Assembly (NCBI GenBank): GCA_032718475.1
Contig: JAUCBJ010008902.1
Span: 1 to 36,101 of the forward strand
Source of the DNA: Nemertoderma westbladi
Lineage: Eukaryota > Animalia > Xenacoelomorpha
Reading direction: 5' to 3'
DNA length: 36,101 nucleotides
Under the pieces are notes generated by a model, which was not told the origin of the DNA, ran no database searches, and saw only the letters and a list, made by a program, of their open reading frames with translations. This document shows positions 1 through 9,966 of the stretch, piece after piece (the first letter of the stretch is position 1; the number at the start of each line of letters is the position of its first letter). Made by a program: the position numbers and the translations under genes.

Positions 1-1
1 G

Positions 2-3000
2 CTTACTATTAAATCAGAACCAGTTAACACAATAGATGTAGATGATTTAGCCTACAAAATACATCAATTGGAAAATCACCGCCTTGTTTTGTGTAAATTA
101 GCTGAAGATCTTGCACTTCATGGTATTGTAGATAATGCTAATGAAAAGTATGACCATGAAATTGACGAAATTTTATTTAAGAGTAATCGTTTACTTAACC
201 GCTTAGAGTCCACTACTGCAATTAATAGTAGTAGCAGTTCCATTTCTGCTACAGATTGTAAACAAGATGACGATAAGGGTCTTCCTAAAGTCGAAATTCC
301 CAAATTTTATGGAGAATTTTTACAGTGGCGCCCTTTTTGGGACCAATTCTCCACATCCATAGACCAACGAAATATACCTCCAGCCCGTAAGTTTGTGTAT
401 CTAAGGCAGTCATTAAAAGGTGACGCAAAAGATGCCTTAGAGGGGTTAGAAGCAACTGCTGATAACTATATTGTAGCTGTTAATCTTTTGAAGCGCCGGT
501 ATGGAAACCCAAATTTCCTGATTGGTCTTTATTCCTCTAAACTTGTCAACCAACCAAATGTTGTTTCTGGTGATGTTGTTATGTTCCGGAAAATGTTGAA
601 TTCCTTTCAGTCATCTCTCCGCCAAATTAAAAGCCTATCTAATGAACTTGGTCCTAATTCTGGGACTATTCCCTGTACCTCTACAACAATTACCAATGAC
701 TTAACATCATTACTTCTGGCACCCTTGTTGCTCCAGAAATTACCGCATGATGTAGTTATGGAATGGAATCGCCTCCATCCAGATGACCGTTTTAACCTTG
801 ATAAGTTATTAGAGTTTGCTAATTCAGAACTTGAAACTCGTGAATCTTTAGATTTCACTTCCAAGTCAGTAAGGGAACTAATAAAAAGTTCAAATTCCTC
901 TAAACCACAAAACCATTCTGACTTTAAACGTCAATCATATCCACCACGTCAATTATACCCCCCATCTACTGCTGCCCTTACTATTGGTGAGGATTCTAAA
1001 CGTAATACAAACAGAGAGGAGCCAAAGAGAAATGTGTGTCCTGCGTGCAAAGGGAAACCCCACAGTATTCGCCAGTGTCAGTCTTTTCTAAGTAAGTCTC
1101 CACAGCATCGGTTGAACCTTTTAAAATCATCCCGCCTTTGTACTAATTGTTTGGGACCTCACCTATCATCAGCCTGTCCATCTGATGAAACATGTCGTTA
1201 TTGTATGAAAAGGCATCACTCTTTATTGTGTTTTAGTAACAGTAGCAATAATAGCTCCAAGCACGCTTCCGATCCCAGCCTTTCTGTAGCTCCGCCAGCT
1301 GTTTACCCACCACCATCTCGAACCCATGATACATTGCCATGGCAACCACCATATTCTAAGGACATATCACCATCTGTTCATGCAATAGATTTGAAGTCCT
1401 CATCTGTTTTTGTTAAGATTGCAAGAGCATTTATCGCTCTGCCCAACTCAGATAGTGGCTGTTGGATTCATGTATACCTTGATGACGGATCCAAGCGTTC
1501 CTATATCACGGCTTCTCTGTCTGAAGCACTTTCTTTACCTTGTATTGACCAACAGCAATTTACTATCGGGTCCTTTGGAGGTAATTTAACTTTCCATGAT
1601 TCTAGCCTGGTTTCTTTCTCTTTGCGAAGCTTCTTTTCACCGAACCCTATAATCTTATCAGCCTGGACAACCCAATCTTTATGCCCTGTGATGAGGCAAG
1701 AAAGTTGTCCTGTATTACCACCTAATCTCCAGCATCTTAGTCCTTGGGCTGATAATTTTGATGGAGGTCAACGCCACATATCTTTAATAATTGGAGCAGA
1801 TCAACTCCATTTAGTAACCAAGGGGACATTGTCTCACCTAGGGTTACCACAACCTGTTGATACCTTCTTTGGGTTTGTTTTATGCGGACCTTATTCTTAT
1901 TCTGCCACTAGTTATTGTGACCCTAGCCCCAGTATGCTGATTACTGAACCTGATGAGGTTACCCGTCTCTGGGCTTTGGAATCTATTGGTATTACGGATA
2001 ACCCTATTGGTGCAGATGATACTGCCTTCCCACCTCCATCTAAATCTGTCACTGAACCCAACCGCTACCAAGTACGACTTCCATTTAAGGGATCACATCG
2101 CCCATCATCCAACTATTCTGTAGTTTCCCGTATGCAGTATAGTTCTTACCAGAAACTGAAGCCATTGGATTTAGAGTTAACAACTGAGAAATTCACCAAC
2201 TTAATATCTGATGGTATTATCGAGCCTGCCACAACCCATGATGATGTTGGCTATTTTTTACCTTATCATGGTATTTATAAACCATTTCCTAAATTCCGCA
2301 TCGTTTTTAATGGTTCCTCACGAGATAGAGGAGGTATGAGCCTTAACGATTGTCTCGACCCTGGTCATAACTTGTTAGCCTCAATGGTTGACATTCTGAT
2401 GCGGTTTCGCCTCCGGCCATATCCTATTATCGCAGATATTAAAGCTGCATTCCACCAAATAGAATTACACCCAAGTGATCGACAATGGGTTAAGTTGATA
2501 TGGAATGGAACTTCCTGGCAATTTATTAGGACACCCTTTGGTGTCAATTCTAGCCCATACCATTTACACTATGTTGTCATATTCCATATCTTGACATATG
2601 CTGACCCAGCTATTGTGCAACAGCTTCTTAAAGCTTTCTTTTGTGATGACCTTGTGTCAAGTGCAGATACAGAAAATGAAGCTTCATATTTTCTGTCTTA
2701 TGCTACTGAACTTCTTGCCCTTGCTTCCATGGAACTTAAACCAGAAACCTCGCCTTCGAAGGTCTTAGGGATGCCCTGGGATGTATCTTCTGATACCCTC
2801 TATGTTGATGTTGGTGTAATTTCTTCACCCCCAGCTTTCACCCGCCGACACCTCCTTAGATCGTCTGCCAAGATATTTGACCCATTAGGTCTTCTCTGTG
2901 CTTGGACTATTATTCCCCGTCTGTTGCTACAGAAGTCATGGTCTGAAGGTGGCCATTGGGATGATGTTGTCTCGCAGGGAATTCAAGAAACTTGGAAATC

Positions 3001-3283
3001 ATGGCTGTCAGATGTACACCAACCCATTATTCACTTTCCAAGGTGCATATATCTTAATAGCCAATGTGATCTTCACTTATTTTGTGATGCGTCTGAAGAT
3101 GCTTATGCTTGTTTAGCGTATGTCATTCACCCTGAACACCCACCATGTTTATTTTTTGGCAAGTCTCGAGTTGCACCCTTAAAACCAAGACATAGCATAC
3201 CTCGCCTTGAACTTTTAGCTGCATGTATTGGCGCCCGACTGGCTCACATATATCCATTGAAATTTTTTCACCCCATCGACTAG
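2..3283 (+). CDS. BEL/Pao gag-pol polyprotein, N-terminal part (Gag, zinc knuckles, aspartic protease, RT, start of RNase H); frame open from the window start
   Basis: Knuckles CPACKGKPHSIRQC, CTNCLGPHLSSAC, CRYCMKRHHSLLC. Protease YLDDGSKRSYI. RT ADIKAAFHQI, TPFGVNSSP, FFCDDL. Pao motifs KIFDPLGLL, LHLFCDASEDAY, IPRLELLAA. No stop between position 2 and the ORF-track start at 68. Confidence 0.95.
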   Translation, partial: LTIKSEPVNTIDVDDLAYKIHQLENHRLVLCKLAEDLALHGIVDNANEKYDHEIDEILFKSNRLLNRLESTTAINSSSSSISATDCKQDDDKGLPKVEIPKFYGEFLQWRPFWDQFSTSIDQRNIPPARKFVYLRQSLKGDAKDALEGLEATADNYIVAVNLLKRRYGNPNFLIGLYSSKLVNQPNVVSGDVVMFRKMLNSFQSSLRQIKSLSNELGPNSGTIPCTSTTITNDLTSLLLAPLLLQKLPHDVVMEWNRLHPDDRFNLDKLLEFANSELETRESLDFTSKSVRELIKSSNSSKPQNHSDFKRQSYPPRQLYPPSTAALTIGEDSKRNTNREEPKRNVCPACKGKPHSIRQCQSFLSKSPQHRLNLLKSSRLCTNCLGPHLSSACPSDETCRYCMKRHHSLLCFSNSSNNSSKHASDPSLSVAPPAVYPPPSRTHDTLPWQPPYSKDISPSVHAIDLKSSSVFVKIARAFIALPNSDSGCWIHVYLDDGSKRSYITASLSEALSLPCIDQQQFTIGSFGGNLTFHDSSLVSFSLRSFFSPNPIILSAWTTQSLCPVMRQESCPVLPPNLQHLSPWADNFDGGQRHISLIIGADQLHLVTKGTLSHLGLPQPVDTFFGFVLCGPYSYSATSYCDPSPSMLITEPDEVTRLWALESIGITDNPIGADDTAFPPPSKSVTEPNRYQVRLPFKGSHRPSSNYSVVSRMQYSSYQKLKPLDLELTTEKFTNLISDGIIEPATTHDDVGYFLPYHGIYKPFPKFRIVFNGSSRDRGGMSLNDCLDPGHNLLASMVDILMRFRLRPYPIIADIKAAFHQIELHPSDRQWVKLIWNGTSWQFIRTPFGVNSSPYHLHYVVIFHILTYADPAIVQQLLKAFFCDDLVSSADTENEASYFLSYATELLALASMELKPETSPSKVLGMPWDVSSDTLYVDVGVISSPPAFTRRHLLRSSAKIFDPLGLLCAWTIIPRLLLQKSWSEGGHWDDVVSQGIQETWKSWLSDVHQPIIHFPRCIYLNSQCDLHLFCDASEDAYACLAYVIHPEHPPCLFFGKSRVAPLKPRHSIPRLELLAACIGARLAHIYPLKFFHPID

Positions 3284-5253
3284 TCATTTGGACTGATTCC
3301 ATGGCAGTTTTATGGTGGATCCGGAAAGGTATAAATAAAAGAGATATATTCGTTTCCAATAGACTTAAAGAAATAGCAGAGATGAGTCGGCCCGAACATA
3401 TCCAGGACCAGTGGCGATATGTTCCTTCTGAAGATAACCCTGCTGATCTTCCTTCCAGGGGCCGGTCACTTGCCATACTACAGTCTTCTGATCTTTATAA
3501 GTTTGGGCCCGGTTTTCTACACGATGAATCAGCTTGGCCTAAGTTTCCATCACCACCACCTCAACTTTTGGCTATCAGTGAACCTGATATCTTTGCTGAC
3601 TATCCCATACCAATTACTAGATTTTCTAGTCTCGATACATTGGTTCGGGTAACTGCTTTCATGTACCGCTTTGTTCATAATTGCCGGTTCCCAGCAGATC
3701 GCATTGTTGGTTGTTTAACTGCACGTGAGAGAACAACCAGTCTGAATAACCTTATCATTAGTGAGCAGCACAGGTTTTTTCAAGATGAAATACAAACGTT
3801 ATCTAATAAACCAGATGCTATAATTGCCAAGTCATCCTCCCTCTGGAGATTTCACCCAAGGTTACATGATGGGATTTTGATGCTAGTCCCTCGTACCCGG
3901 AGTGATAAGTTATTACCATTGTTACCAACTAAGAGTCACCTTACCTATCTCATTGTTATGAATGTCCATAGTATATTATATCATCAAGGATATGATGCAA
4001 CTCTCAGCCAAATTCGCATCCGTTTTTGGATACCTCATGGGCGATCACTTGTACGAAAGATTATATTTTCTTGTCCACAGTGTCATCGCTACCGAACTGT
4101 GCCATATAACTCACAAGAGTCAGCTCTGCCTAGTTTTCGCACTACAGCTGTTACTCCATTTCAATATACTGGTGTTGACTACCTTGGACACCTCTATTTA
4201 AAGAATGGGGCCAAGGTTTGGATTCTTTTATTTACATGTGCCTGCATTAGAGCTCTCCACTTGGAGCTTGTTCCAGATTGTGGTACCAAATCCTCTCACT
4301 TAGCATTTCGACGATTTCTGGCACGACGTGTGCCACCATTAACTGCCATTCAGTTTCGTTCTGATAATGCAAAAACGTTTATCAAGCTTTCATCAATGAA
4401 GTTTCCCTCACATGTGGTGTCTTGGTATCATATTCCTGCCCGTAGCCCTGAATGGGGTGGTTATTGGGAAAGATTAGTCAAGACCGTGAAAAATTGTTTA
4501 CGGATGACATGTCACCAAGTCCATTTAACACAGAATCAACTTGAAACTGTTATAACGGAGATAGAGTCAGTGGTGAATTCCCGGCCATTGACCTCTGTAT
4601 CTTTGGATCCTGAAGATGATGATCCCCTAACACCAAGTAGTTTTTTGTATGGGATGCCACCACCGACCGACAATTACTTAGATCCATCTGCCATTACCGT
4701 TACCCATTTACGTAATTCCCTAATACAAAGAGACCAGGCCAATCGGATATTTTGGAAACATTGGTCGCAACGCTATATTGCTTCTCTGCAACCATGGCGT
4801 ACTACAGGATCTAGTGGCCCACTTCCTACCGTGGGGGCATTAGTATTGGTGAAACAAGATTCACCACGCAATCGCTGGCCTTTAGCACGAATCCATCGCC
4901 TGTATCAAAGTGCTGATGGTTCCTGTCGGTCTGTTGAAATTCGACTTAATAAACGCATAACAACCCGTGCAACCAATAAACTCTACCCTTTAGAGTGTGA
5001 CTCACCATACCCTAACCGTGGGGGCCTCAAGAATCCTGACATAACCCCCATTCACCCTACCATTACCACTCCTAAACAATCTAGGGTTCTGTGTCCACCA
5101 GATCCCAAGCTCTTGGATGTTGATGACCCTACCCCCCACAACCACCCACCCACCGATCCTATAACCCCTCCTAGAACTGCAATTAGCACCAGTCACACGC
5201 GCTCTGGTCGCAATGTCAAACAACCCAAATACTATGGATTTTGCAACACTTGA
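3223..5253 (+). CDS. BEL/Pao pol C-terminal part (end of RNase H, integrase, DUF5641-like tail); -1 frame relative to the upstream ORF
   Basis: WTDSMAVLWWI; WRYVPSEDNPADLPSRG; zinc finger H..H..CPQC; DDE residues in GVDYLG, RSDNA, YWERLV; WPLARI; terminal TRSGRNVK. Confidence 0.95.
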   Translation: MYWRPTGSHISIEIFSPHRLVIWTDSMAVLWWIRKGINKRDIFVSNRLKEIAEMSRPEHIQDQWRYVPSEDNPADLPSRGRSLAILQSSDLYKFGPGFLHDESAWPKFPSPPPQLLAISEPDIFADYPIPITRFSSLDTLVRVTAFMYRFVHNCRFPADRIVGCLTARERTTSLNNLIISEQHRFFQDEIQTLSNKPDAIIAKSSSLWRFHPRLHDGILMLVPRTRSDKLLPLLPTKSHLTYLIVMNVHSILYHQGYDATLSQIRIRFWIPHGRSLVRKIIFSCPQCHRYRTVPYNSQESALPSFRTTAVTPFQYTGVDYLGHLYLKNGAKVWILLFTCACIRALHLELVPDCGTKSSHLAFRRFLARRVPPLTAIQFRSDNAKTFIKLSSMKFPSHVVSWYHIPARSPEWGGYWERLVKTVKNCLRMTCHQVHLTQNQLETVITEIESVVNSRPLTSVSLDPEDDDPLTPSSFLYGMPPPTDNYLDPSAITVTHLRNSLIQRDQANRIFWKHWSQRYIASLQPWRTTGSSGPLPTVGALVLVKQDSPRNRWPLARIHRLYQSADGSCRSVEIRLNKRITTRATNKLYPLECDSPYPNRGGLKNPDITPIHPTITTPKQSRVLCPPDPKLLDVDDPTPHNHPPTDPITPPRTAISTSHTRSGRNVKQPKYYGFCNT

Positions 5254-5265
5254 AGTGTCGCACGT

Positions 5266-5272
5266 GGGGGAG
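5266..5272 (+). promoter_or_regulatory. Polypurine tract (plus-strand primer)
   Basis: GGGGGAG just after the pol stop, directly abutting TGTTGTG. Confidence 0.8.
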
Positions 5273-5694
5273 TGTTGTGACTCATACTATGTATTATTAT
5301 ACTGTGCCTGCCATGGCCTCGGACTAACTCTTAGATATACCTATGTTATATTGTATGCCTACTCCTATATGCTTGGTTACCGGTACTGATCTAATATCAT
5401 TATGTACTATGTGGTACCTTGTCACTTGTCTGCCTGTGGCCTATCGCTGTATCGATTTATGTTACCGTTTACTGGTTTATACCTTGTCTTAACTTTATGC
5501 CGCCTTTTAATAATATTGGACCGTGATTGCCGCCTATAAACTATATTTTAGTCGCCACACCCTTAATTAACTACGAAATTCAAGTATAATTTCCACCCTG
5601 CAGTATTATTATTTGAAGATATTAAACTATTTGATACCAACTCTTGATAGACAAAACACCCTATATCAGCTTTCAGTTTCATTTGTCCCCAACA
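5273..5694 (+). repeat. 3' LTR of the BEL/Pao element
   Basis: Starts TGTTG right after the PPT. Candidate inverted ends are ...CAACA at 5694 (5/5 terminal match) or ...AGTCGCCACA at 5559 (8/10 match to the reverse complement of TGTTGTGACT). The 5' LTR is outside the window, so this cannot be resolved. Confidence 0.65.
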
Positions 5695-6448
5695 TTTTCG
5701 AGGCAAAACACCCTATAAAATCATTTCAGCCTTTTTTAAGCTCCCAAATTACAAAAGTTGTGTATTTCGCATTTTAAATTCTAAGTTAGTTTATTTGGGT
5801 GACTTGGTATCCAGGCAGCTGTATAACATACTTGTAGAAGAAAACGCGTTTCGTTAAATTACTCAAAACACGATTTTTGGAGATGTATTTTGCCTTAAGA
5901 CGGCAGTATTGCTAAGAAATGATTTCGTGTACCTGCAGTTGCAGTCTCCCCAGTTGTTATCATCCAAGCAGCTTCATATAAACAACAACAATAATAAAGT
6001 TTAAAAGGGGATCAGTTAAAGTGACAACGAACGACTATGGTCGAATTCGAAAATCAGGATTTTTTCTTGTTTTTCTCGGTTTATCAGTCATAATTCTCCC
6101 GCCCTCGCATTAGACCACAGAATTTCAGATTGTTTCTGTTACGCTTTTCATACAGTATGGTCAGCATCAAATCATGTTTCCATAGCGACGGACCGACTGA
6201 TTGTTAAAACTATATTCGAGGATTTCGTAACAATGACAAAATTTGCAATAATTGGTAAAATCCATTAGCCTATTGGAATTTCTGAAACTACAGTACCTAC
6301 TGTACCAGCTTACCGCGCACACCATAATAGGCCCAACAACGAGAACGAGGGCCAAACCCAAACCCATACAGCATTAATCGCAAAATCGCATAACAGTATT
6401 ACTATTTTACCCTACTTTATTTTTAAACTGTCTGAATTAAAACCTACA

Positions 6449-6947
6449 GTGCTACGGTTTCTATGGAGACGCGTAAGTCAGAATTGGTCTCCTCTATGGT
6501 CAGGATTTGCGGTAGGTTTCCTGTGCGTGTTCGGACTTTGTTGCCTTGTCGTCACACCCCGTAAACCGTATTGGATTCTCCGGGTAGCGCAAGGCCTAGC
6601 CCTACGACCGAAATCTAAACTAGTTCTCGTAGTTAGAACCGATTTGAACATGGGGAAAGGCGAAGTCGCCTCTCGATGCTCCCACGCAGCCTTGAATTGT
6701 ATAGTTGGCATTGGCAACCGGGTAATCGTAAACCCCAGGAAGATAAATGAATGTAGTCCTCGCGGTATAGGATATCACGGAAATGCGACGGTTACATATC
6801 CATGCTAAATCATTAAGTATCAATACTTATATTATTCGGGGTGCCGATAGGACGACGGGAGAACACGGTACCGAAACTGTCATCGGAATTGGTCCGGGTC
6901 CAGTAGAACTTGTCGATAAGGTAACCGGTCATCTTAAATTATATTAG
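6449..6947 (+). pseudogene. PTRH2: Peptidyl-tRNA hydrolase 2 (PTH2/Bit1) pseudogene
   Basis: N-terminal hydrophobic anchor and KLVLVVRTDLNMGKGEVASRCSHAA. After a frameshift near 6752 it reads VVLAV*DITEM...AKSLSINTYIIRGADRTT...TVIGIGPGPVELVDKVTGHLKLY* (stop 6945-6947). In-frame TAG at 6768-6770; AATAAA at 6970-6975. Confidence 0.85.
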
Positions 6948-7287
6948 TTTCATTGCAGGATTATAACCCAATAAAGTATGTACCATTTTGCATTCTTAAT
7001 AGCACCCGCCTGGTTATCAGGCGTACCGAAGGAGGGTAGGGGATGACAAGTGTCACATGGCGCCGATAGCGAAGGGCGCCAAATTAGAAAATTCTGTCTA
7101 TGAGTTCTATCGAATTATTAAACATAATAATAATAATATAATTGTCTGATCGTATTTGGGACATTTGGAGTTTGGAGAAGGTTCTTAGAGATAATGAGAA
7201 TAAAATACTATACATATGTCGCATATATCATATGGCATATATCGGATTATGAATTTTTGCAATATTTTTTTTCGAAATGGGGACCTT

Positions 7288-7307
7288 GGGGGGGGGGGGG
7301 GGGGGGG
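7288..7307 (+). repeat. G20 homopolymer
   Basis: Read directly from the sequence. Confidence 0.9.
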
Positions 7308-7908
7308 AGAATTTACAGTTTAAAATTGTATTGTCTATAATGATTATGTCGCACCTACTGTACAGACAAACAATTAATCGATAAATAGTTAGTGTGGGGT
7401 GAGACACGAGCCGGCGAGCCTTGGCATACGGTTCATATAGTACAATAATGGTGCAGTCCGTCTGTCTGTCTGTCTTGAAATCTCAGCTTTATTGGCAACG
7501 GAGCTGGTGAGCTGGAAAAGTATTTTACTGTAGGCGCATAATGTACTCAAAAGGATATCTCACCCTTTATTATTGTGGTCTGGTCTGGTCAGTACTTTTA
7601 ATTTTGCTTTTTCCTTCAAAATTAAATATTTCTACAGTAGGCCTACTCATACTTTTTAACACTAGAAATAAAATATTTCATTATACATGTTAAATATGAT
7701 TAATGATACATTTGTTAACATTTATTATCGGACCTGTTTGTCATATGATTGATTAATTAATCATTTACTGGAATTGAATTTCGATACTTTTCTATTTCTT
7801 TTTGATACTTTTACCTTTACTTCAAAATTTGAATAAAAAAATATTTTCCAGCTCCGAAAGGTTCCCAAAATTTATTCGATACAAGTTTTTAATAATGTAA
7901 AGCGGGAG

Positions 7909-8562
7909 TTAATAGTTTATAATCGTTAGTGGACTTATATCGCCGTATCCCAACCGTTCATAAAGAACTCGAATCCTCGAACATAACTCATCCCAGTCCA
8001 TGTACCCCCCCTCCAGATGACGCTTATCTGTTGGATCCTTTATCGCACTTTTACCGTGGGTCACACGGTTGTTGTCGACTAACACTATTTCCCCGGGTGA
8101 CAGTTTATACTTAATGGCGAAATCGTCGCTGTTAATGAGTCCACTGAGCAATTGAATCGCACGGTAATATTCTTTGACCCCTCCAATATCCACATCCACA
8201 ATATTACCTCTGATGTGATCATTCCATCTGAATTGAATAACATCCCCGGTTGAATTAAACTCAATTACTTTTTGTCGACGTACAAACTTGAATTCATTGA
8301 TAACTTCTTCAAATCCGTAATCGTGGTAAGTGAAATAGACTTCCGAAAGTAACTTATAGGCATCGTTATCTGTTTCCTTGATGTGATTAATGACTGAGAA
8401 TCCATCGGCGAATATGTTGTCACCTCCCCCGTCGGCCTTTGCGTTTTGTATACAATGCAACATAAATATACCGGGGTTCATCTTCACTGAGATAATGTCG
8501 TTGTGTTGGGGGAGTAAGGCTGGTGTATAGGCTAGATTGGACGGTTGAGCTTTGGATTGAAC
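7909..8562 (-). CDS. BBOX1: Terminal exon of a gamma-butyrobetaine dioxygenase/TMLH-like (TauD-family Fe/2OG) gene
   Basis: Acceptor tttctttcaacag|GTT at 8562, then 654 nt to the stop. Motifs SNLAYT, HND (HxD), PGIFMLHC, DGF, LSPGEIVLVDNNRVTHG, RHLEGGYMDWD. The symbol is a family-level call; orthology is not established. Confidence 0.85.
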   Translation of the reverse strand, partial: VQSKAQPSNLAYTPALLPQHNDIISVKMNPGIFMLHCIQNAKADGGGDNIFADGFSVINHIKETDNDAYKLLSEVYFTYHDYGFEEVINEFKFVRRQKVIEFNSTGDVIQFRWNDHIRGNIVDVDIGGVKEYYRAIQLLSGLINSDDFAIKYKLSPGEIVLVDNNRVTHGKSAIKDPTDKRHLEGGYMDWDELCSRIRVLYERLGYGDISPLTIINY

Positions 8563-9124
8563 CTGTTGAAAGAAACACAATGAAATAATATACTGCGGGC
8601 GTAGTAGTAAAAAAGATCGCCAGTGAGAGCAACAATGTCCTTTTTGATAATATGTGAAATTGCATTTTCTCGGATTGAGTTCGAAAAGATTCTAACTACT
8701 GTACATCAGACAGGTCCTATCAGAATTCATTTGCAAATCAACAGCAATTGCAATAAGACTGATGGAAGAAAATTTGAACTGAAGCAACATTAAGTCTACT
8801 AGTGCTGCATGTTCTTTACTATTAATGTTTATTGTATTATATATACCTGAAATAATTATACAGTATCTACTAGATGGTGGTGCTTGCGTACCGCGAAAGA
8901 AGCTCTCTACAGTAGTTTCAGACGACTGTTCAACTATCCGTGTCTTTCGTTCAAGTTACACTCAAAATAATGCATATACATCAATAATGTTTATCACATA
9001 ATGACTATGTTAAGAGTTAATGAACAGAAGGCGGCATATAATTATTGACCTTTCAATAAGTTTACTATATTATTATAACACCGTTACGACTTCTTACTGT
9101 AAAAGTATTCACTATCTATATATA

Positions 9125-9192
9125 TATGTATGTATGTGTGTTGTATGTATGTATGTATGTATGTATGTATGTATGTATGTATGTATGTATGT
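9125..9192 (+). repeat. (TATG)n microsatellite
   Basis: Read directly; preceded by A|TCTATATATATA and followed by GGTGAACT. Confidence 0.95.
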
Positions 9193-9201
9193 GTAGGTGA
9201 A

Positions 9202-9309
9202 CTGGTTCAAACAGGGGACAATAGCATGAATACACAGCGACAAACCGGGGACGATCTACAATCCGGGGACGTCCCCGGAATGAAAAGATATCAAAAATGG
9301 AATCTACGT
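9202..9309 (+). repeat. Dispersed ~105-bp repeat, copy 1, with the 18-bp palindrome TCCGGGGACGTCCCCGGA (9262-9279)
   Basis: Aligns by eye with 16945-17050 (GGGGACAAT.GCATGAATACACA.CGACAAACCGGGGACGAT...AATCTAC). Confidence 0.9.
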
Positions 9310-9966
9310 ACTAAAATTAATGGATTCTGAAAATTTCAGATCATTTCGGCGATGTCCCCTGTTCCACCCAAACCTGTCAAATACGTGTGTAAATTTGTGT
9401 TTGAGTTTTGAAAATTTCACTGACCCCAGTATAATGCGATAGTTTCAAGTGTCCCCATTCCCATACAGTTAATATAACATTCCAAACACACGTTGTAGTA
9501 TGGGTGCTGTTGTTCAATGTGGGGACTGGAATCTACAATGTAATTAATATGTTGTGATCTAATTTAACATTTTGACCAAACGCAGCAGTATGTGTGGTAT
9601 GGTTCAAAATGGGGACTAGGAATTCATTGTCACCTAAAAAGTAGAGATTAATTTTAAGTAAGTAGAATATATATATGTCGAATGTGCCAATTTGGAAATC
9701 AAATACTTTAGTAATCGTGTTTTAAAGCAGAATGGCGCCCCTCACTGCTATTATTTCATTCATTTCATTTCTATTATCTATTATTTCAACAAACAATAAG
9801 AAATCAAATCGAATATATAATTTTATGACAAATTTTCCTGATAAACAACTTGATATACATTTGCAATATACAATTGTAAGTGATTCATGAAGGACATTCA
9901 TTAAGAATGTTACGTTTCCTTTTCTTTCTATAATTTGTATAAGCTGATTCTGACTCAAATTCAAAT

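Larger units (their letters stand above)
1..5694 (+). mobile_element. BEL/Pao LTR retrotransposon, 5'-truncated by the window edge
   Basis: Domain order gag (DUF1759-like LPKVEIPKFYGEFLQWRPFWDQF, three Cys/His knuckles), protease, RT, RNase H, integrase, then PPT and a TG-starting LTR. The right end is uncertain (5559 or 5694). Confidence 0.95.

Noticed and set aside
118-5223. Short antisense and alternate-frame ORFs within the retrotransposon
   Set aside because: Shadows of the long gag-pol frame with no recognisable motifs.
5695-5898. Right end of a TTAA-type DNA transposon (…GCCTTAA) and a short CAAAACACCCTATA duplication (5652/5704)
   Set aside because: No matching left terminus in the window, so it cannot be supported.
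6167-6367. Small minus-strand membrane-protein ORF with a possible 32-nt intron
   Set aside because: Short, with no recognisable homology, and the splice signals could be chance.
7400-7520. DINE-1/HINE-like element suggested by CCGTCTGTCTGTCTGTC
   Set aside because: Only a short GTCT tract; the termini and subterminal inverted repeats could not be defined.
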